64,000 nucleotides of DNA from Heterodontus francisci (taxonomy: Eukaryota). The stretch lies in NCBI RefSeq assembly GCF_036365525.1, contig NW_027140989.1, positions 2,976,001 to 3,040,000 on the forward strand, read 5' to 3'. The notes beneath the pieces were generated by a model. It searched no databases. It was not told where the DNA came from and saw only the letters and a program-made list of their open reading frames with translations. Positions within the stretch are counted from its first letter, which is position 1. Each line of letters starts with the position of its first letter. A program made the position numbers and the translations under genes. This document shows, piece after piece, positions 46,201 to 58,690 of the stretch.

Positions 46201-49031
46201 ATTGCTATTAGTTATTGCTATTACTGAGAGTTATTGCTATTACTGAGAATTGGTTGAGGGAAGGGCATGATTGGCAACTAAATATCCCAGGATATCGATG
46301 CTTCAGGCGGGATAGAGAGGGAGGTAAAAGGGGTGGAGGAGTTGCATTACTGGTCAAAGAGGATATCACAGCTGTGCTGAAGGAGGGCACTATGGAGGAC
46401 TCGAGCAGTGAGGCAATATGGACAGAACTCAGAAATAGGAAGGGTGTGGTAACAATGTTGGGGCTGTACTACAGGCCTCCCAACAGCGAGCGTGAGATAG
46501 AGGTACAAATATGTAAACAGATTATGGAAAGATGTCGGAGCAACAGGGTGGTGGTGATAGGAGATTTTAATTTTCCCAACATTGACTGGGATTCGCTTAG
46601 TGTTAGAGGTCCAGATGGAGCAGAATTTGTAAGGAGCATCCAGGAGGGTTTTCTAGAGCAGTATGTAAATAGTCCAACTCGGGAAGGGGCCATACTGGAC
46701 CTGGTGTTGGGGAATGAGCCCGGCCAGGTTGTTGAAGTTTCAGTAGGGGACTACTTTGGGAATAGTGATCACAATTCAGTAAGCTTTAAAATACTCATGG
46801 ACAAAGATGAGAGTGGTCCTAAAGGAAGAGTGCTAAATTGGGGGAAGGCCAACTATACCAAAATTCGGCAGGAGCTGGGAAATGTAGATTGGGAGCAGCT
46901 GTTTGAAGGTAAATCCACATGTGATATGTGGGAGGCTTTTAAAGAGAGGTTGATTAGCGTGCAGGAGAGAAATGTTCCTGTGAAAATGACGGATAGAAAT
47001 GGCAAGATTAGGGAACCATGGATGACAGGTGAAATTGTGAGACCAGCTAAGAGGAAAAAGGAAGCAGACATAAGGTCTAGGCGGCTGATGAAAGACGAAG
47101 CTTTGAAAGAATATCGGGAATGTAGGACCAATCTGAAACGAGGAATTAAGAGGGCTAAAAGGGGTCATGAAATATCTTTAGCAAACAGGGTTAAGGAAAA
47201 TCCCAAAGCCTTTTATTCATATATAAGGAGAAAGAGGGTAACTAGAGAAAGGATTGGCCCACTAAAGGACAAAGGAGGAATGTTATGCTTGGACTCAGAG
47301 AAAATGGGGGAGATTCTAAATGAGTACTTTGCATCGGTATTCACCGAGGAGAGGGACATGATGGATGTTGAGGTTAGGAACAGATATTTGATTACTCTAG
47401 GTCAAGTCGGCATAAGGAGGGAGGAAGTGTTGGGTATTCTAAAGGGCATTAAGGTGGACAAGTCCCCAGGTCCGGATGGGATCTATCCCAGGTTACTGAG
47501 GGAAGCGAGAGAGGAAATAGCTGGGGCCTTAACAGATATCTTTGCAGCATCCTTAAACACGGGTGAGGTCCCGGAGGACTGGAGAATTGCTAATGTTGTC
47601 CCCTTGTTTAAGAAGGGTAGCAGGGATAATCCAGGTAATTATAGACCGGTGAGCCTGACGTCAGTGGTAGGGAAGCTGCTGGAGAAGATACTGAGGGATA
47701 GGATCTATTCCCATTTGGAAGAAAATGGGCTCATCAGTGATAGGCAGCATGGTTTTGTGCAGGGAAGGTCATGTCTTACCAACTTAATAGAATTCTTTGA
47801 GGAAGTGACAAAGTTGATTGATGAGGGAAGGGCTGTCGATGTCATATACATGGACTTCAGTAAGGCGTTTGATAAGGTTCCCCATGGCAGGCTGATGGAG
47901 AAAGTGAAGGCGCTTGGGGTCCAAGGTGTACTAGCTAGATGGATAAAGAACTGGCTGGGCAACAGGAGACAGAGAGTAGCAGTAGAAGGGAGTTTCTCAA
48001 AATGGAGACGTGTGACCAGTGGTGTTCCACAGGGATCCGTGCTGGGACCACTGTTGTTTGTGATATACATTAATGATTTGGAGCAAAGTATAGGTGGACT
48101 GATTAGCAAGTTTGCAGACGACACTAAGATTGGTGGAGTAGCAGATAGTGAAGGGGACTGTCAGAGAATACAGCAGCATACAGATAGATTGGAGAGTTGG
48201 GCAGAGAAATGGCAGATGGAGTTCAATCAGGGCAAATGCGAGGTGATGCATTTTGGAAGATCCAATTCAAGAGTGAACTATACAGTAAATGGAAAAGTCC
48301 TGGGGAAAATTGATGTCCAGAGAGATTTGGGTGTTCAGGTCCACTGTTCCCTGAAGGTGGCAACGCAGGTAAATAGAGTGGTCAAGAAGGCATACGGCAT
48401 GCTTTCCTTCATCGGACGGGGCATTGAGTACAAGAGTTGGCAGGTCATGTTACAGTTGTATAGGACTTTGGTTCGGCCACATTTGGAATACTGCGTACAG
48501 TTCTGGTCGCCACATTATCAAAAGGATGTGGATGCTTTGGAGAGGGTGCAGAGGAGGTTCACCAGGATGTTGCCTGGTACGGAGGGCGCTAGCTATGAAG
48601 AGAGGTTGAGTAGATTAGGATTATTTTCATTAGAAAGATGGAGGTTGAGGGGAGACCTGATTGAGGTGTACAAAATCATGAGAGGTATAGACAGGGTGGA
48701 TAGCAAGAGGCTTTTTTCCCAGAGTGGGGGTTTCAATTACTAGAGGACACGAGTTCAAAGTGAAAGGGGAACAGTTTAGGGGGGATATGCGTGGAATGTT
48801 CTTTACGCAGAGGGTGGTGGGCACCTGGAACGCATTGCCAGCGGAGGTGGTAGATGCGGGCACGATGGAGTCTTTTAAGATGTATCTAGACAGATACATG
48901 AACGGGCAGGAAGAAAAGAGATACAGAACCTTAGAAAATAGGCGACATTTTTAGAGAGAGGATCTGGATCGGCGCAGGCTTGGAGGGCCGAAGGGCCTGT
49001 TCCTGTGCTGTAATTATCTTTGTTCTTTGTT
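46201..49031 (+). mobile_element. CR1 LINE with nearly complete ORF2, flanked by 7-bp target-site duplication CTTAATT
   Basis: CTTAATT at 46194-46200 and 49032-49038; (TTGTTCT)n tail; splits a sequence that is contiguous in the paralog near 28051. Confidence 0.95.
46215..48743 (+). CDS. CR1 ORF2 (APE endonuclease and RT), 5'-clipped, with a late frameshift into 48724-48954
   Basis: IAITENWL, GGGVALL, YRPP, GDFN, LDLVL, SDH (endonuclease); QHGF, GVPQGSVLGP, FADD (RT). Confidence 0.9.
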   Translation: MLLLRVIAITENWLREGHDWQLNIPGYRCFRRDREGGKRGGGVALLVKEDITAVLKEGTMEDSSSEAIWTELRNRKGVVTMLGLYYRPPNSEREIEVQICKQIMERCRSNRVVVIGDFNFPNIDWDSLSVRGPDGAEFVRSIQEGFLEQYVNSPTREGAILDLVLGNEPGQVVEVSVGDYFGNSDHNSVSFKILMDKDESGPKGRVLNWGKANYTKIRQELGNVDWEQLFEGKSTCDMWEAFKERLISVQERNVPVKMTDRNGKIREPWMTGEIVRPAKRKKEADIRSRRLMKDEALKEYRECRTNLKRGIKRAKRGHEISLANRVKENPKAFYSYIRRKRVTRERIGPLKDKGGMLCLDSEKMGEILNEYFASVFTEERDMMDVEVRNRYLITLGQVGIRREEVLGILKGIKVDKSPGPDGIYPRLLREAREEIAGALTDIFAASLNTGEVPEDWRIANVVPLFKKGSRDNPGNYRPVSLTSVVGKLLEKILRDRIYSHLEENGLISDRQHGFVQGRSCLTNLIEFFEEVTKLIDEGRAVDVIYMDFSKAFDKVPHGRLMEKVKALGVQGVLARWIKNWLGNRRQRVAVEGSFSKWRRVTSGVPQGSVLGPLLFVIYINDLEQSIGGLISKFADDTKIGGVADSEGDCQRIQQHTDRLESWAEKWQMEFNQGKCEVMHFGRSNSRVNYTVNGKVLGKIDVQRDLGVQVHCSLKVATQVNRVVKKAYGMLSFIGRGIEYKSWQVMLQLYRTLVRPHLEYCVQFWSPHYQKDVDALERVQRRFTRMLPGTEGASYEERLSRLGLFSLERWRLRGDLIEVYKIMRGIDRVDSKRLFSQSGGFNY

Positions 49032-49663
49032 CTTAATTCGTTAAATAATACTATGATTGAACAGCAGGTTGTGATCGACTCAGCCAAAGTTTGTAAAAAT
49101 TCCTGTCAATAAATCTTCCAAAAGGGAGTGTGAGGATCTCCTGGTTCCGACTGTCTAAGGGATACAGGACTAGGAATCAGCAACTAACCCCAGAGATTCA
49201 CAGTAAAGACTGTGTAAATGAGGACATTTAACAACCGGGAGCTGAAACTCTGGGACGGGCTCTATTGTCACTGTGTTTGTGTGTCCGGTATAATCGCGGC
49301 AGGTCCGTGTCTCTTGTTTAGAATGAAACTATGAAGATCGCCATTCCGTATTACACACATTGACCGCGGGTTTCACTCCGGTTAGACAAACCTTTGCTGA
49401 CTGAAATTAATTCTTCAAGGTCCCACCAAACACACCGGCTCCCTCCTTCCTCCCATGTTTCTGTCGGATTGTTTTGAGAGGAGAGTTTGAATAATAACAA
49501 ACACCCTCCAGGGAGAGGCGGCAATTTGAACATCTAAATGGGATCAGCTCCCGGCTTTCTAGGTTATAGATTCCCTGCACCCCTCCCCACCCTCCCTCCA
49601 CCCTAACCCCATGTTCAGTTTCATTGTTCAGACATTGATGAGGGTGAAATGGGCAAAGTTCCC

Positions 49664-49789
49664 TTAAATAAAAGCAAAATACTGCGGATGCTGGAAATCT
49701 GAAATAAAAACAAGAAATGCTGGAACCACTCAGCAGGTCTGGCAGCATCTGTGGAAAGAGAAGCAGAGTTAACGTTTCAGATCAGTGAC
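49664..49789 (-). mobile_element. 126-bp Penelope-like terminal fragment with 10-bp target-site duplication
   Basis: CAAAGTTCCC at 49654-49663 and 49790-49799; paralog near 27425-27437 lacks the insert. Confidence 0.8.
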
Positions 49790-50269
49790 CAAAGTTCCCA
49801 TTGAGTTTTGAAGCTGAATTGTTGCAGAGATCTGCGCACGCGCGATATAACCCAGCCCACTATGACGTCATCATGAGGCGAAGACCGCATGCACACCCCT
49901 CCCCCAGCTGTGCCTGTGAGCGCCATTCACCGAGTGAGTGGAAGATTGTTTAGTCATGTCAAGCAGGAGAAGATCTTAAGAACATAACAAAGATGACCAA
50001 GAGTAGATTATTTGACCTCTCCACCCTACTCTGCCATTTAATATGATCATGGCTGATGTGATTGTGCTCAACTAGACTTTCCTGGCTGTCCCAAGAACGA
50101 TTTGCTGCCTTGCAGATCAAAAATCTATCCATCACAGCCATGGACTAACAGTTATATAATGCACCCCACACTCAATTACATGACGTGAAACAGATGGACA
50201 CAGTACAAATATGATTCACATCGATTAGGAGTGCCTAAAAACACTGAGTCCACAATGCCATTCAATAAT

Positions 50270-50610
50270 ATTTCCTTACAGGTACAGAATGAATGCCACA
50301 CTCACAAACTCTACCAGTCACAGAAAAACACAGAATAAGCAACACATTCACAAACAATACCAGAGACACAGAGATACTGAATGAATCACATTCTCACTGT
50401 CAGTTGCGGAGATGGATGAAAAATGAACTAATCCACACTCACATTCAGTTTGAGAGACTGATGGATACAGAAATATATTCACACTCACAGGCAGTACCAG
50501 AAACTGACATACAGCACATGAATCCTACCTCATACAGAGTACCAGAGGCTGACATGATGAACTGGAACCAGACATAGTCGCATAACAGAAAATAAATGTT
50601 ACAGAATAAT
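50270..50610 (-). repeat. Degenerate 46-bp-satellite-like monomers in reverse orientation
   Basis: CACACTCACAGGCAGTACCAGAAACTGACATACAG is close to the reverse complement of a satellite variant. Confidence 0.6.
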
Positions 50611-50640
50611 GTACTCATTTAGATACGTCAAACTCACATA

Positions 50641-50695
50641 GTGTTGGTGGTATAATGCTGAGAATATCTGCTTTCCAAGCAGTTGACCTGAGTTC
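50641..50695 (+). pseudogene. Truncated tRNA-Gly(TCC) pseudogene
   Basis: GTGTTGGTGGTATAATGCTGAGAATATCTGCTTTCCAAGCAGTTGACCTGAGTTC; 3' end lost. Confidence 0.8.
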
Positions 50696-51249
50696 TCTGC
50701 TTCAGGTCAGACCTCAATTCTTGTATAATGCAGCTTCATTTTATAACTTAAAGATGATCAATGTGATTTCCAAATTAAAACTTACAAAAGACTCTCATCA
50801 TCCATGTGCATCTCCCACAATGCTGAACTTCAATTTTCTTTCAACGAAATTTATGTTGAAGAAGACATGTCCTCTAAACTAATAAATGAGTTCACAGTCA
50901 GAAACAAGAGTGTGCAGATCTTTGTTAAATAATAATAAAAAGGGAGATAGGTAAAGTTCAATTCACACACGGTGCTCTGGGTAAAGATTGAACCTACATT
51001 CAGATAACAGAGAATGAATTAATGTAAGGTAAACTCACACTCTCAGACTAGGAACTGACGGGGACAGAGTACAAACTACACACAGACAAAATATTTTAAA
51101 AAAACTGTTTTAAAACCGAACAAGTCAATGCAATTTATAAAATGATTCTCATCATCCATGTACGTCTCCCGTAAATTTATCATTTTTTGAATAAATATAG
51201 ATTTAAAATAGCCTTTAAACTGATCAGTTTTCAGTCAGAAACTAATAGT

Positions 51250-51570
51250 AAACATAAAGTTATTTACAGCACCGAAGGAGGCTATTTGGCCCATCGAGTC
51301 CATGACAGCTCTCCACAGTGCAATCCAATCACACTCACTCCACCGCTCGATCCCTGTAGCTCTGCAAGTTTAATTCCTTCAAATGCTGTGTCAATAATCT
51401 CTTGAATAATTGATTGTCTCTACTTCCAGCTCCCTTGTGGGAAGTGACTTCCAGATCATCACCACTCACTCCGTGTTCACCCGACATCTCCTGCCCAAAA
51501 TACTGAATTTCTGTCACTGTGTCCTTGTACAATGAGCTAATGGGAAGTGTTTTTCCTTGTCTCACTTGTC
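51250..51570 (-). mobile_element. Decayed CR1 3' fragment
   Basis: Reverse-complement tail TACAGCACCGAAGGAGGCTATTTGGCCC plus degenerate C-terminal coding remnants. Confidence 0.7.
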
Positions 51571-51906
51571 ATGATGTTTCACACTTGATGTAAATGTCCC
51601 TTCAGTCAGCTCGTCCACTGATCTTGCCTGTCACCTTTCCACCAATATGCCTGACTTTCTGACTCCCTCTACTACTGTCTCTTCAACTGTTTCAATGTTG
51701 TTGATTCAATGGAGAACAAACCCATCTCTATCGACTTCACACATTCTGATAAATCTACTCTGTACCCTCAAATAACCAGAACTGGATGCAATACTCCACT
51801 ACAACACTGTCACTGTGCTTATTTTACACATCCGTATTTCTTGCTTTGAAAGAAGCAGCGAACTCGAATGGAACACGAAGCCGGTGCTCTTATTTTAAAC
51901 ATACAG

Positions 51907-51991
51907 AAACAAGGAGTATGGAATTCAAACCCACGCATGCAGAGCACAACAGATTAGCAGTTCATCGTTTTAATCACTCGGCCACCTTGTC
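51907..51991 (-). tRNA. tRNA-Ser(GCT) pseudogene
   Basis: GACAAGGTGGCCGAGTGATTAAAACGATGAACTGCTAATCTGTTGTGCTCTGCATGCGTGGGTTTGAATTCC; matches vertebrate tRNA-Ser-GCT as recalled, with many lesions. Confidence 0.82.
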
Positions 51992-53264
51992 TTCTGTGAG
52001 TAAGCTGAAGTGCGGAGGAATGATCCGTGCAGAATGAAAAAGGTGACGGGCTGGTGCCAGCAAAACTGAAACAGTTGAAGAGAGAGTAGCAGAGGGATTG
52101 AGAAAGTCAGGGATATCGGTGGATAGGTGACAGGCAAGAGCAATGGACTGAGCTGACTGCTGTGAAATGTTGTGGCTTCGCAGAACACTAAATTTGATTT
52201 GTTATCTAAAGTAAGCAATCAGATAAATACAGAACCTCAAGAATTGACTTCATTGTAAACCAGCCAATCACGAACATGGTTTTCACCCATCCTTCATTAA
52301 CATAGATCTCTGGGGATGTGTATAAACTGCGAGTTCCGAATTTAAGAGCCACCCACAACGTCTCTCAAAAAGCTACAACATTATCTCTATAATATCAATT
52401 TGTTTTGATATTTTTAGCAAGTGACTTGTATTTTCTAAATGCCTTTGTGATCTCTGTTTTAATCCCACAGATTCTGGTTAACACAGTTTCACTGCCCGTG
52501 CGATCTTCCTGTCTCTACTTAATAATGTCCCGATCATTAATTACTGACCATTTGTGAGCTTTGTTAATGGACGCGTTCATATTCGGCCCCTTTGCTATAT
52601 TTCGATAATAAAATCTGATTTAACGCACATACATCATTTCTCAGTCACTCATATCCCGAGATCAAGTTTGTCCTCAATAAGTAATCAGCACATTATCTAG
52701 AAACCCCGGTGGTGTGGGAACCCTCAGTCTCACTCTTTGACACCTGACACTAAGATTATAAACTCCGCTGTTGTCTCTCACCAATAGGGTTCAATCTATA
52801 ATCAGCGATGCAGTATCATTCGGAACATTGAGCTGAAATGGTTACAGAATGCTGTGAAAGAGGCTTTCTGTCCGCTGGTTATACAATGTTTCAAAAAGGA
52901 TAGAGAGTGAACTCGAATCGATGGCGGAATGTGAAAGCCAATCTGGAAATTGTTACCACATGCAGAATAATACAATATAAAAAAGATTTTAAAATATTTG
53001 CGGTAAAACCAAGTTACCTAAAAATGTGATGATCTATATTGAAGCCGCTCTGTGTTTTACAAATATATTGGCGGGATTTTCAAATTTGAAAAATCGTTTG
53101 CAGTCTGACAATTTCGCGCCGTTATTTTCCGCCCTCATCTCCTTGGCGTCTCCGGATTGGTGAATTCAGCCGCTCTCTGATTGGTCACATGAAGAGTACA
53201 ATGACACCCAATACAGAGTGACAAATCACCAGTGCCCCCGACACCATTCCTCTCGAAGGTATAA

Positions 53265-53456
<192 letters not shown>

Positions 53457-54169
53457 AGCGGCCTGACTTAAATCTGCGAACCCAAAGGCTCTTTTCAGAG
53501 CCACCCACTTTATCTGTTAAAAGGCTGCTTGCTGTCTGAGAAGGCAATTTTATAATGCTAGCGCTGCTTTGTATTGGCCTACAACGAGGGCACTTGCCCC
53601 ATCGTGTATGTCCCGGCCGAAAAACGGCCCACCTATTCTCATCCCACCTTCCAGCATTCAGACCGTCGCCCTGCAGATTACAGCATTTAAGATGCATATC
53701 CAGATTCCTTTTGAATGAGTTGGGGGTCTCTGCCTCAACTACCCTTTCAGGCAGTGAGTTCCAGACCACCACCACCCTCTGGGTGAAAATAAAATTCTCG
53801 TTTTCCCTCTAATTTTTCTGCCTATCACTTTAAACATATGCCGCACAGTCACTGAACTCTCTGCTCAGAGTCTTCACCTCCACTCTCTCCAGGCTCGCCA
53901 AAATGTTGCACATTTCAATCAGATCTCCCCTCAGCCATCTCAGTACTGGATTCGGGCATTTAGCTGCTCGCCTCTGGCGATATTTGTCAGGGAGTTTAGC
54001 AAATCTACCGTTTATGCAAACGTAAGCTTTTACACAATGATCGGCTCTCTAATAAAATGATCTACTCTAAACCACATTTCTCTGACAACAGGAGATCGCA
54101 GATCTTTGTTTTGCCGATTTGGTGGCTGTTAAAAGAGATGTTGTGTTATTTGATGCCAATCTCAGATCA

Positions 54170-54649
<480 letters not shown>

Positions 54650-55250
54650 CTATTTAAGACAGTAGAGGGACCGCCCTTGTGTTGTGATTGGATGCAGCCC
54701 CGTCCATCAGTCAAGTTTGAAATCAGCTCCGGGAAGTCAAAGGGCGGCGGGAAATGCTGTGCACTGATTGGTTGAACTGTAACTGAAACTGAAATTTTAT
54801 CAATTTCAAAAAGGCCGCTAATTTCAGATGAGCAAACAAGGCAAAGATTAAAAAGCACCTAATTTGGCGGGAACAATTATAAAATCTCACTCCTTGCACG
54901 TTTATTTCTTTCCTCCTAGATCCCACTCTGTGTTTTACAACACAGTTTGAATAGTTTTCTCTGGCGGGAATAAAGCGCCAGTCATTACTTACTATAACGG
55001 CAGTAAATTCCGCTTCGTGCCGGCAGTTCAGACCCTCAGGAATAAATTATCAAATGCAAACGTTTAATTCATGACGCGTTCGATAAATAATGAAGAGAAA
55101 AAGACAGTGAAATTTATGTGACATGTAAATTTACTGAGAGAATGGAATGATGCATAAAAGCCGTTGTTGATAAAGATAAACAATATTCAGATAACTTGAT
55201 CTTATTAATTCAAGTTGCCATGTCACTGCTCTCTCTGTGAGTCTTTGGGT

Positions 55251-55266
55251 GGCTCTTAGAAGAGCC
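55251..55266 (-). promoter_or_regulatory. Histone 3' stem-loop (H4)
   Basis: Minus strand GGCTCTTCTAAGAGCC then ACCCA and AGAGAGCAG. Confidence 0.9.
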
Positions 55267-55295
55267 TTTGTGTTTGGTACAAAGGGTGGATTTGT

Positions 55296-55616
<321 letters not shown>

Positions 55617-55659
55617 TCACTCAACTCGTTGCTGAATGAGAAACGAGCTGTTTCTGCTG

Positions 55660-55700
55660 CCTTTTTTATGCAGCTCGCCCGGACCTGACTGAAAAACGGG
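55660..55700 (-). promoter_or_regulatory. H4 site-II-like promoter element with mutated TATA
   Basis: Minus strand GTTTTTCAGTCAGGTCCG resembles the H4 subtype element (TTTCAATCTGGTCCG), followed by CATAAAA. Confidence 0.6.
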
Positions 55701-56321
55701 CAGAGAGTGAGAGGCAGGGCAGGGAGGAAATTGAGTGACAGACAGAGCTGTGAAATGTCTTTCATCCTCCAGCTCCGCCTCCCACTTGCTTCAACCGCCA
55801 ATTCAAAAACAAAACTCTCAACAATAGAGCTCAGCACAAAACTTCCAGACTCGGCCTTTATAGTCAAAGATAACAGAAACCCGGAGCTGTCAAATAAGGA
55901 TCTATAACAATTAAAAGTTGATCATCTACCCGCCTAAGCACAGTGCTTCCGATCACAAGTCAACCCGTTTCCACACACCTCCCCTCCCAGACGGATTGAG
56001 TATTTTGCTAACACCTTACCCCAGCTGAATTAGAGAAACTCATGTATTGGGGTTTGAGTTGTGACGCGGGAATTCTCGCCAGTATTCCTGTGTTAGACCC
56101 TCTCACTCTGAATTAGTGAAAGGAGCATGAACTGTGACTGTACCGAACATATCCCCAGTTGCAGTGAGGACGGGACATCCCTCTGTTTTGTTGCAGAGAG
56201 TGGGGGAAGGGCTGAGTGTAGTGTATGTCAGCGAGTCACCAGGGATCCTGTATTTACTTCCCATCATTTCTATGTGAAATGTGCACACGGCGGCGTGACA
56301 GGGATCATTTGATAGGGGGAT

Positions 56322-56362
56322 CAGCTCTTTCCTGAGAAATGTGGGTGGCTCTGAAAAGAGCC
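56322..56362 (-). promoter_or_regulatory. Histone 3' stem-loop and HDE (H1)
   Basis: GGCTCTTTTCAGAGCC (minus) at 56347-56362; AAAGAGCTG at 56322-56330. Confidence 0.93.
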
Positions 56363-56541
56363 TTTGGGTTCAGATGACTGCAAGTTTCCCGTGCAGTTTC
56401 ACTTCTTTCCAGGGGCTGCTTTCTGAGCCTTTGCTGCTTTCGGCTTTGTTTTGCCCCTTGATGATTGAACTTTCTTGAGCACCTTTCCGCACTCTTGGGT
56501 TTTTTGGCCTTCTTCACAGGAGACTTTTTCGGAAGCGCTGC

Positions 56542-57081
56542 TTACTTCGCTGGGGATTTCTTTGGCGTTGCCGCCTTCTTGCTGGTCACTTTCTTGCCTG
56601 CTGCTTTCTTCGCTGCCGATTTCTTGGCTGCTAGTTTCTTGACTGGTAATTTCTTGGCTGCTGATTTCTTTGCTGTCACTTTCTTGCCAGCTGTTTTCTT
56701 CACGAAAGTTTTTTTGCCTGCTCCTGACTTGACTTTCTTTCCCACATTTCCCTGGGTTCCCTGCTTAGGGATTCTGAAGGAGCCGGAGGCGCCCGTTCCA
56801 TTGCACTGCACCAGGGAGCCTTTATTCACATTCCTCCTGATACTTTGCTTGATTTGTGTCCTGTACTTCCCCACATCCACACCGCTCCGACCCAGAGCCT
56901 TCTTTATGGCGGGCAGTGAGGTCCCCTTGCGATCGGAGCAATCCGCCACAATCTTGAGGATCTTCTCGCTCAACGTGGGACCGGCTGACTTGTTCCGGGG
57001 AGCCGCTTTCTTCTTCTTGGGAGTCTTGACTTCAGCGGCGGCGGCTGGAGGAGCCGTTTCGGCGCCTGCTGTATCGGTCAT
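56542..57081 (-). CDS. H1: Linker histone H1 with premature stop (179 aa); ancestral stop near 56399
   Basis: MTDTAGAETAPPA, globular domain (GTSLPAIKKAL..GSLVQ..GTGASGSF), K/A/P-rich tail with TPKK and SPAK; tail coding continues after the TAA. Confidence 0.9.
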   Translation of the reverse strand: MTDTAGAETAPPAAAAEVKTPKKKKAAPRNKSAGPTLSEKILKIVADCSDRKGTSLPAIKKALGRSGVDVGKYRTQIKQSIRRNVNKGSLVQCNGTGASGSFRIPKQGTQGNVGKKVKSGAGKKTFVKKTAGKKVTAKKSAAKKLPVKKLAAKKSAAKKAAGKKVTSKKAATPKKSPAK

Positions 57082-57599
57082 GTCCGGGACTCTGCACAAA
57101 TTCTCCCTGTCAGTCAGAACTGGGTCAGAAATGAAGCCGGTGGTGGCGGCACAGAGCAACTTAAAGGCAGTGAGCGGACGGGGGCGGAGACAACCTGCTG
57201 TTTCTCTCTGGTCCTAAACACTCAAATTCCACTGAAATTCGGGTACTGCAAAATCCCAGACTAGATCCTTCCTGTCTCTAACATCAGAATCCTTGCTGTC
57301 GAAAAGTTTGTACTTGAAGTAAAGACTCAATTTTTGACTGAAACCCGTTTTTTACTGCACTGATGGCGCTCTCTCCCCCGATCGCTGACATGTTCTCCAC
57401 TTTTGGACTGAAATCTTGAAATCAACAAAGAAACTACACTGAATTCCCACTTTGGGGATGAGAAGGGGAGCAATGTGCTTCTGTGACTGGAAAATCTTTT
57501 TATTTTACACAGGAGGGACTCGGACTCGGACCCACAAACACAGTGACATTAGACTAACCCGTCAGCACCTTTAATACACTCTCTCCGACACAATATTCA

Positions 57600-58690
57600 C
57601 ATCTACACATTTTCATGTCGAACTGTTCGCTAAATGTAGAGTTCCCAGGACAGGTTTTGATCTCTCTGCTGAGGTCAATAGACCCTTCAGCTCTACTCTA
57701 TCCAGGCCGTTCAACATTTTATACATTTCAATCAGATCTCCCGTCAGCCTTCTCTGTACCAAGGAGAACAACCACAGTCTTTCCAATCTTTCCTCATAGC
57801 TGCATTTTTCAGTCCCAGCAACATCCTCGTAAATCTCCTCTGTACCCTCTCTGGTGCAGTTACATCCTTTCTGTAATGAGGTGACCAGAACTGCACACAG
57901 GACTCAAGTTGTGGCCTAACCAATGATGATAAGGTTCCAGCATAACCTTCCTCCTCATATATTCTATACCTCGGCTAATAAAGGCATGGATTCCATATGT
58001 CTTCTTAACCATATTACCGCACTGCCCTGTCACCTTCAGGGATCTGTGGACATTTACTCCAAGGTCCCTCACCTCCTCTGCACCTCTCAGTATTTTCTCA
58101 TTAATCGTGTATTCCTTTGCATTGTTTGACCTCCCCAAGTGCATCACGTCACACTTCTCCGGGTTGAATTCTATGCACCACTTTTCTGCCCTTCTGACCT
58201 GACCATAAACATCTTCCTCCAGTCCACAGCAATCCTCCTCTCTATCTTCCACACGGCCAATATTGGTGTCGTCTGTAAACCTCTTGATCGTGTCCCTCAA
58301 CATTTATGTCCAACTTGTTCATATAGATCATCAAAAAAACAGGGGACCCATTACTGAGCCCTGGGGAAAACCACTGGAAGCAGCCCTCCAGTCTCAAAAG
58401 CAGCCGTCAACAATTACTCTGCGTTTCCTTCCACTGAGGCAATTTTGCATCCACCTTGCTGCATTTCCCTGGATCCCATGAGATTTTATTTTATAAAGAG
58501 TCTGCATTTTGGGGGCCTGTCAAAAGCTAAAATTAATGTAGAATCCATCAACTGCACTACCCTGATCTGTCATTCTTTTTAAAATTCAATTCAGTTGGTA
58601 TGTGCCTTTCTAAGTGACAGTTTATCTTGTCTCAGAATAGATTTCAATAATTTACCCACTGCTGAGGTTAGACTGACTGGCCTGTAATTA
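57600..58690 (-). mobile_element. Decayed CR1 fragment
   Basis: FTDD, EFNPEKCDVMHLG, RDLGV in ORF 57860-58303, with flanking remnants. Confidence 0.88.

Larger units (their letters stand above)
43400..49950 (-). repeat. Inverted paralog of 27310-29900; 43400-44610 also matches 33100-34265 more closely
   Basis: Reverse-complement matches, e.g. ORF 27555(+) vs 49351-49533(-), ORF 33013-33285(-) vs 44424(+), 28060-28190 vs 46060-46195. Confidence 0.9.

Noticed and set aside
57082-57159. N-terminal extension of H1 in the ORF track
   Set aside because: Non-ATG start adjacent to the TATA-like region; MTDTA at 57081 is the H1-like start
56465-57217. 250-aa hydrophobic ORF
   Set aside because: Antisense shadow of Lys/Ala-rich H1; similar shadow ORFs overlie H3, H2A, H4 and the CR1s
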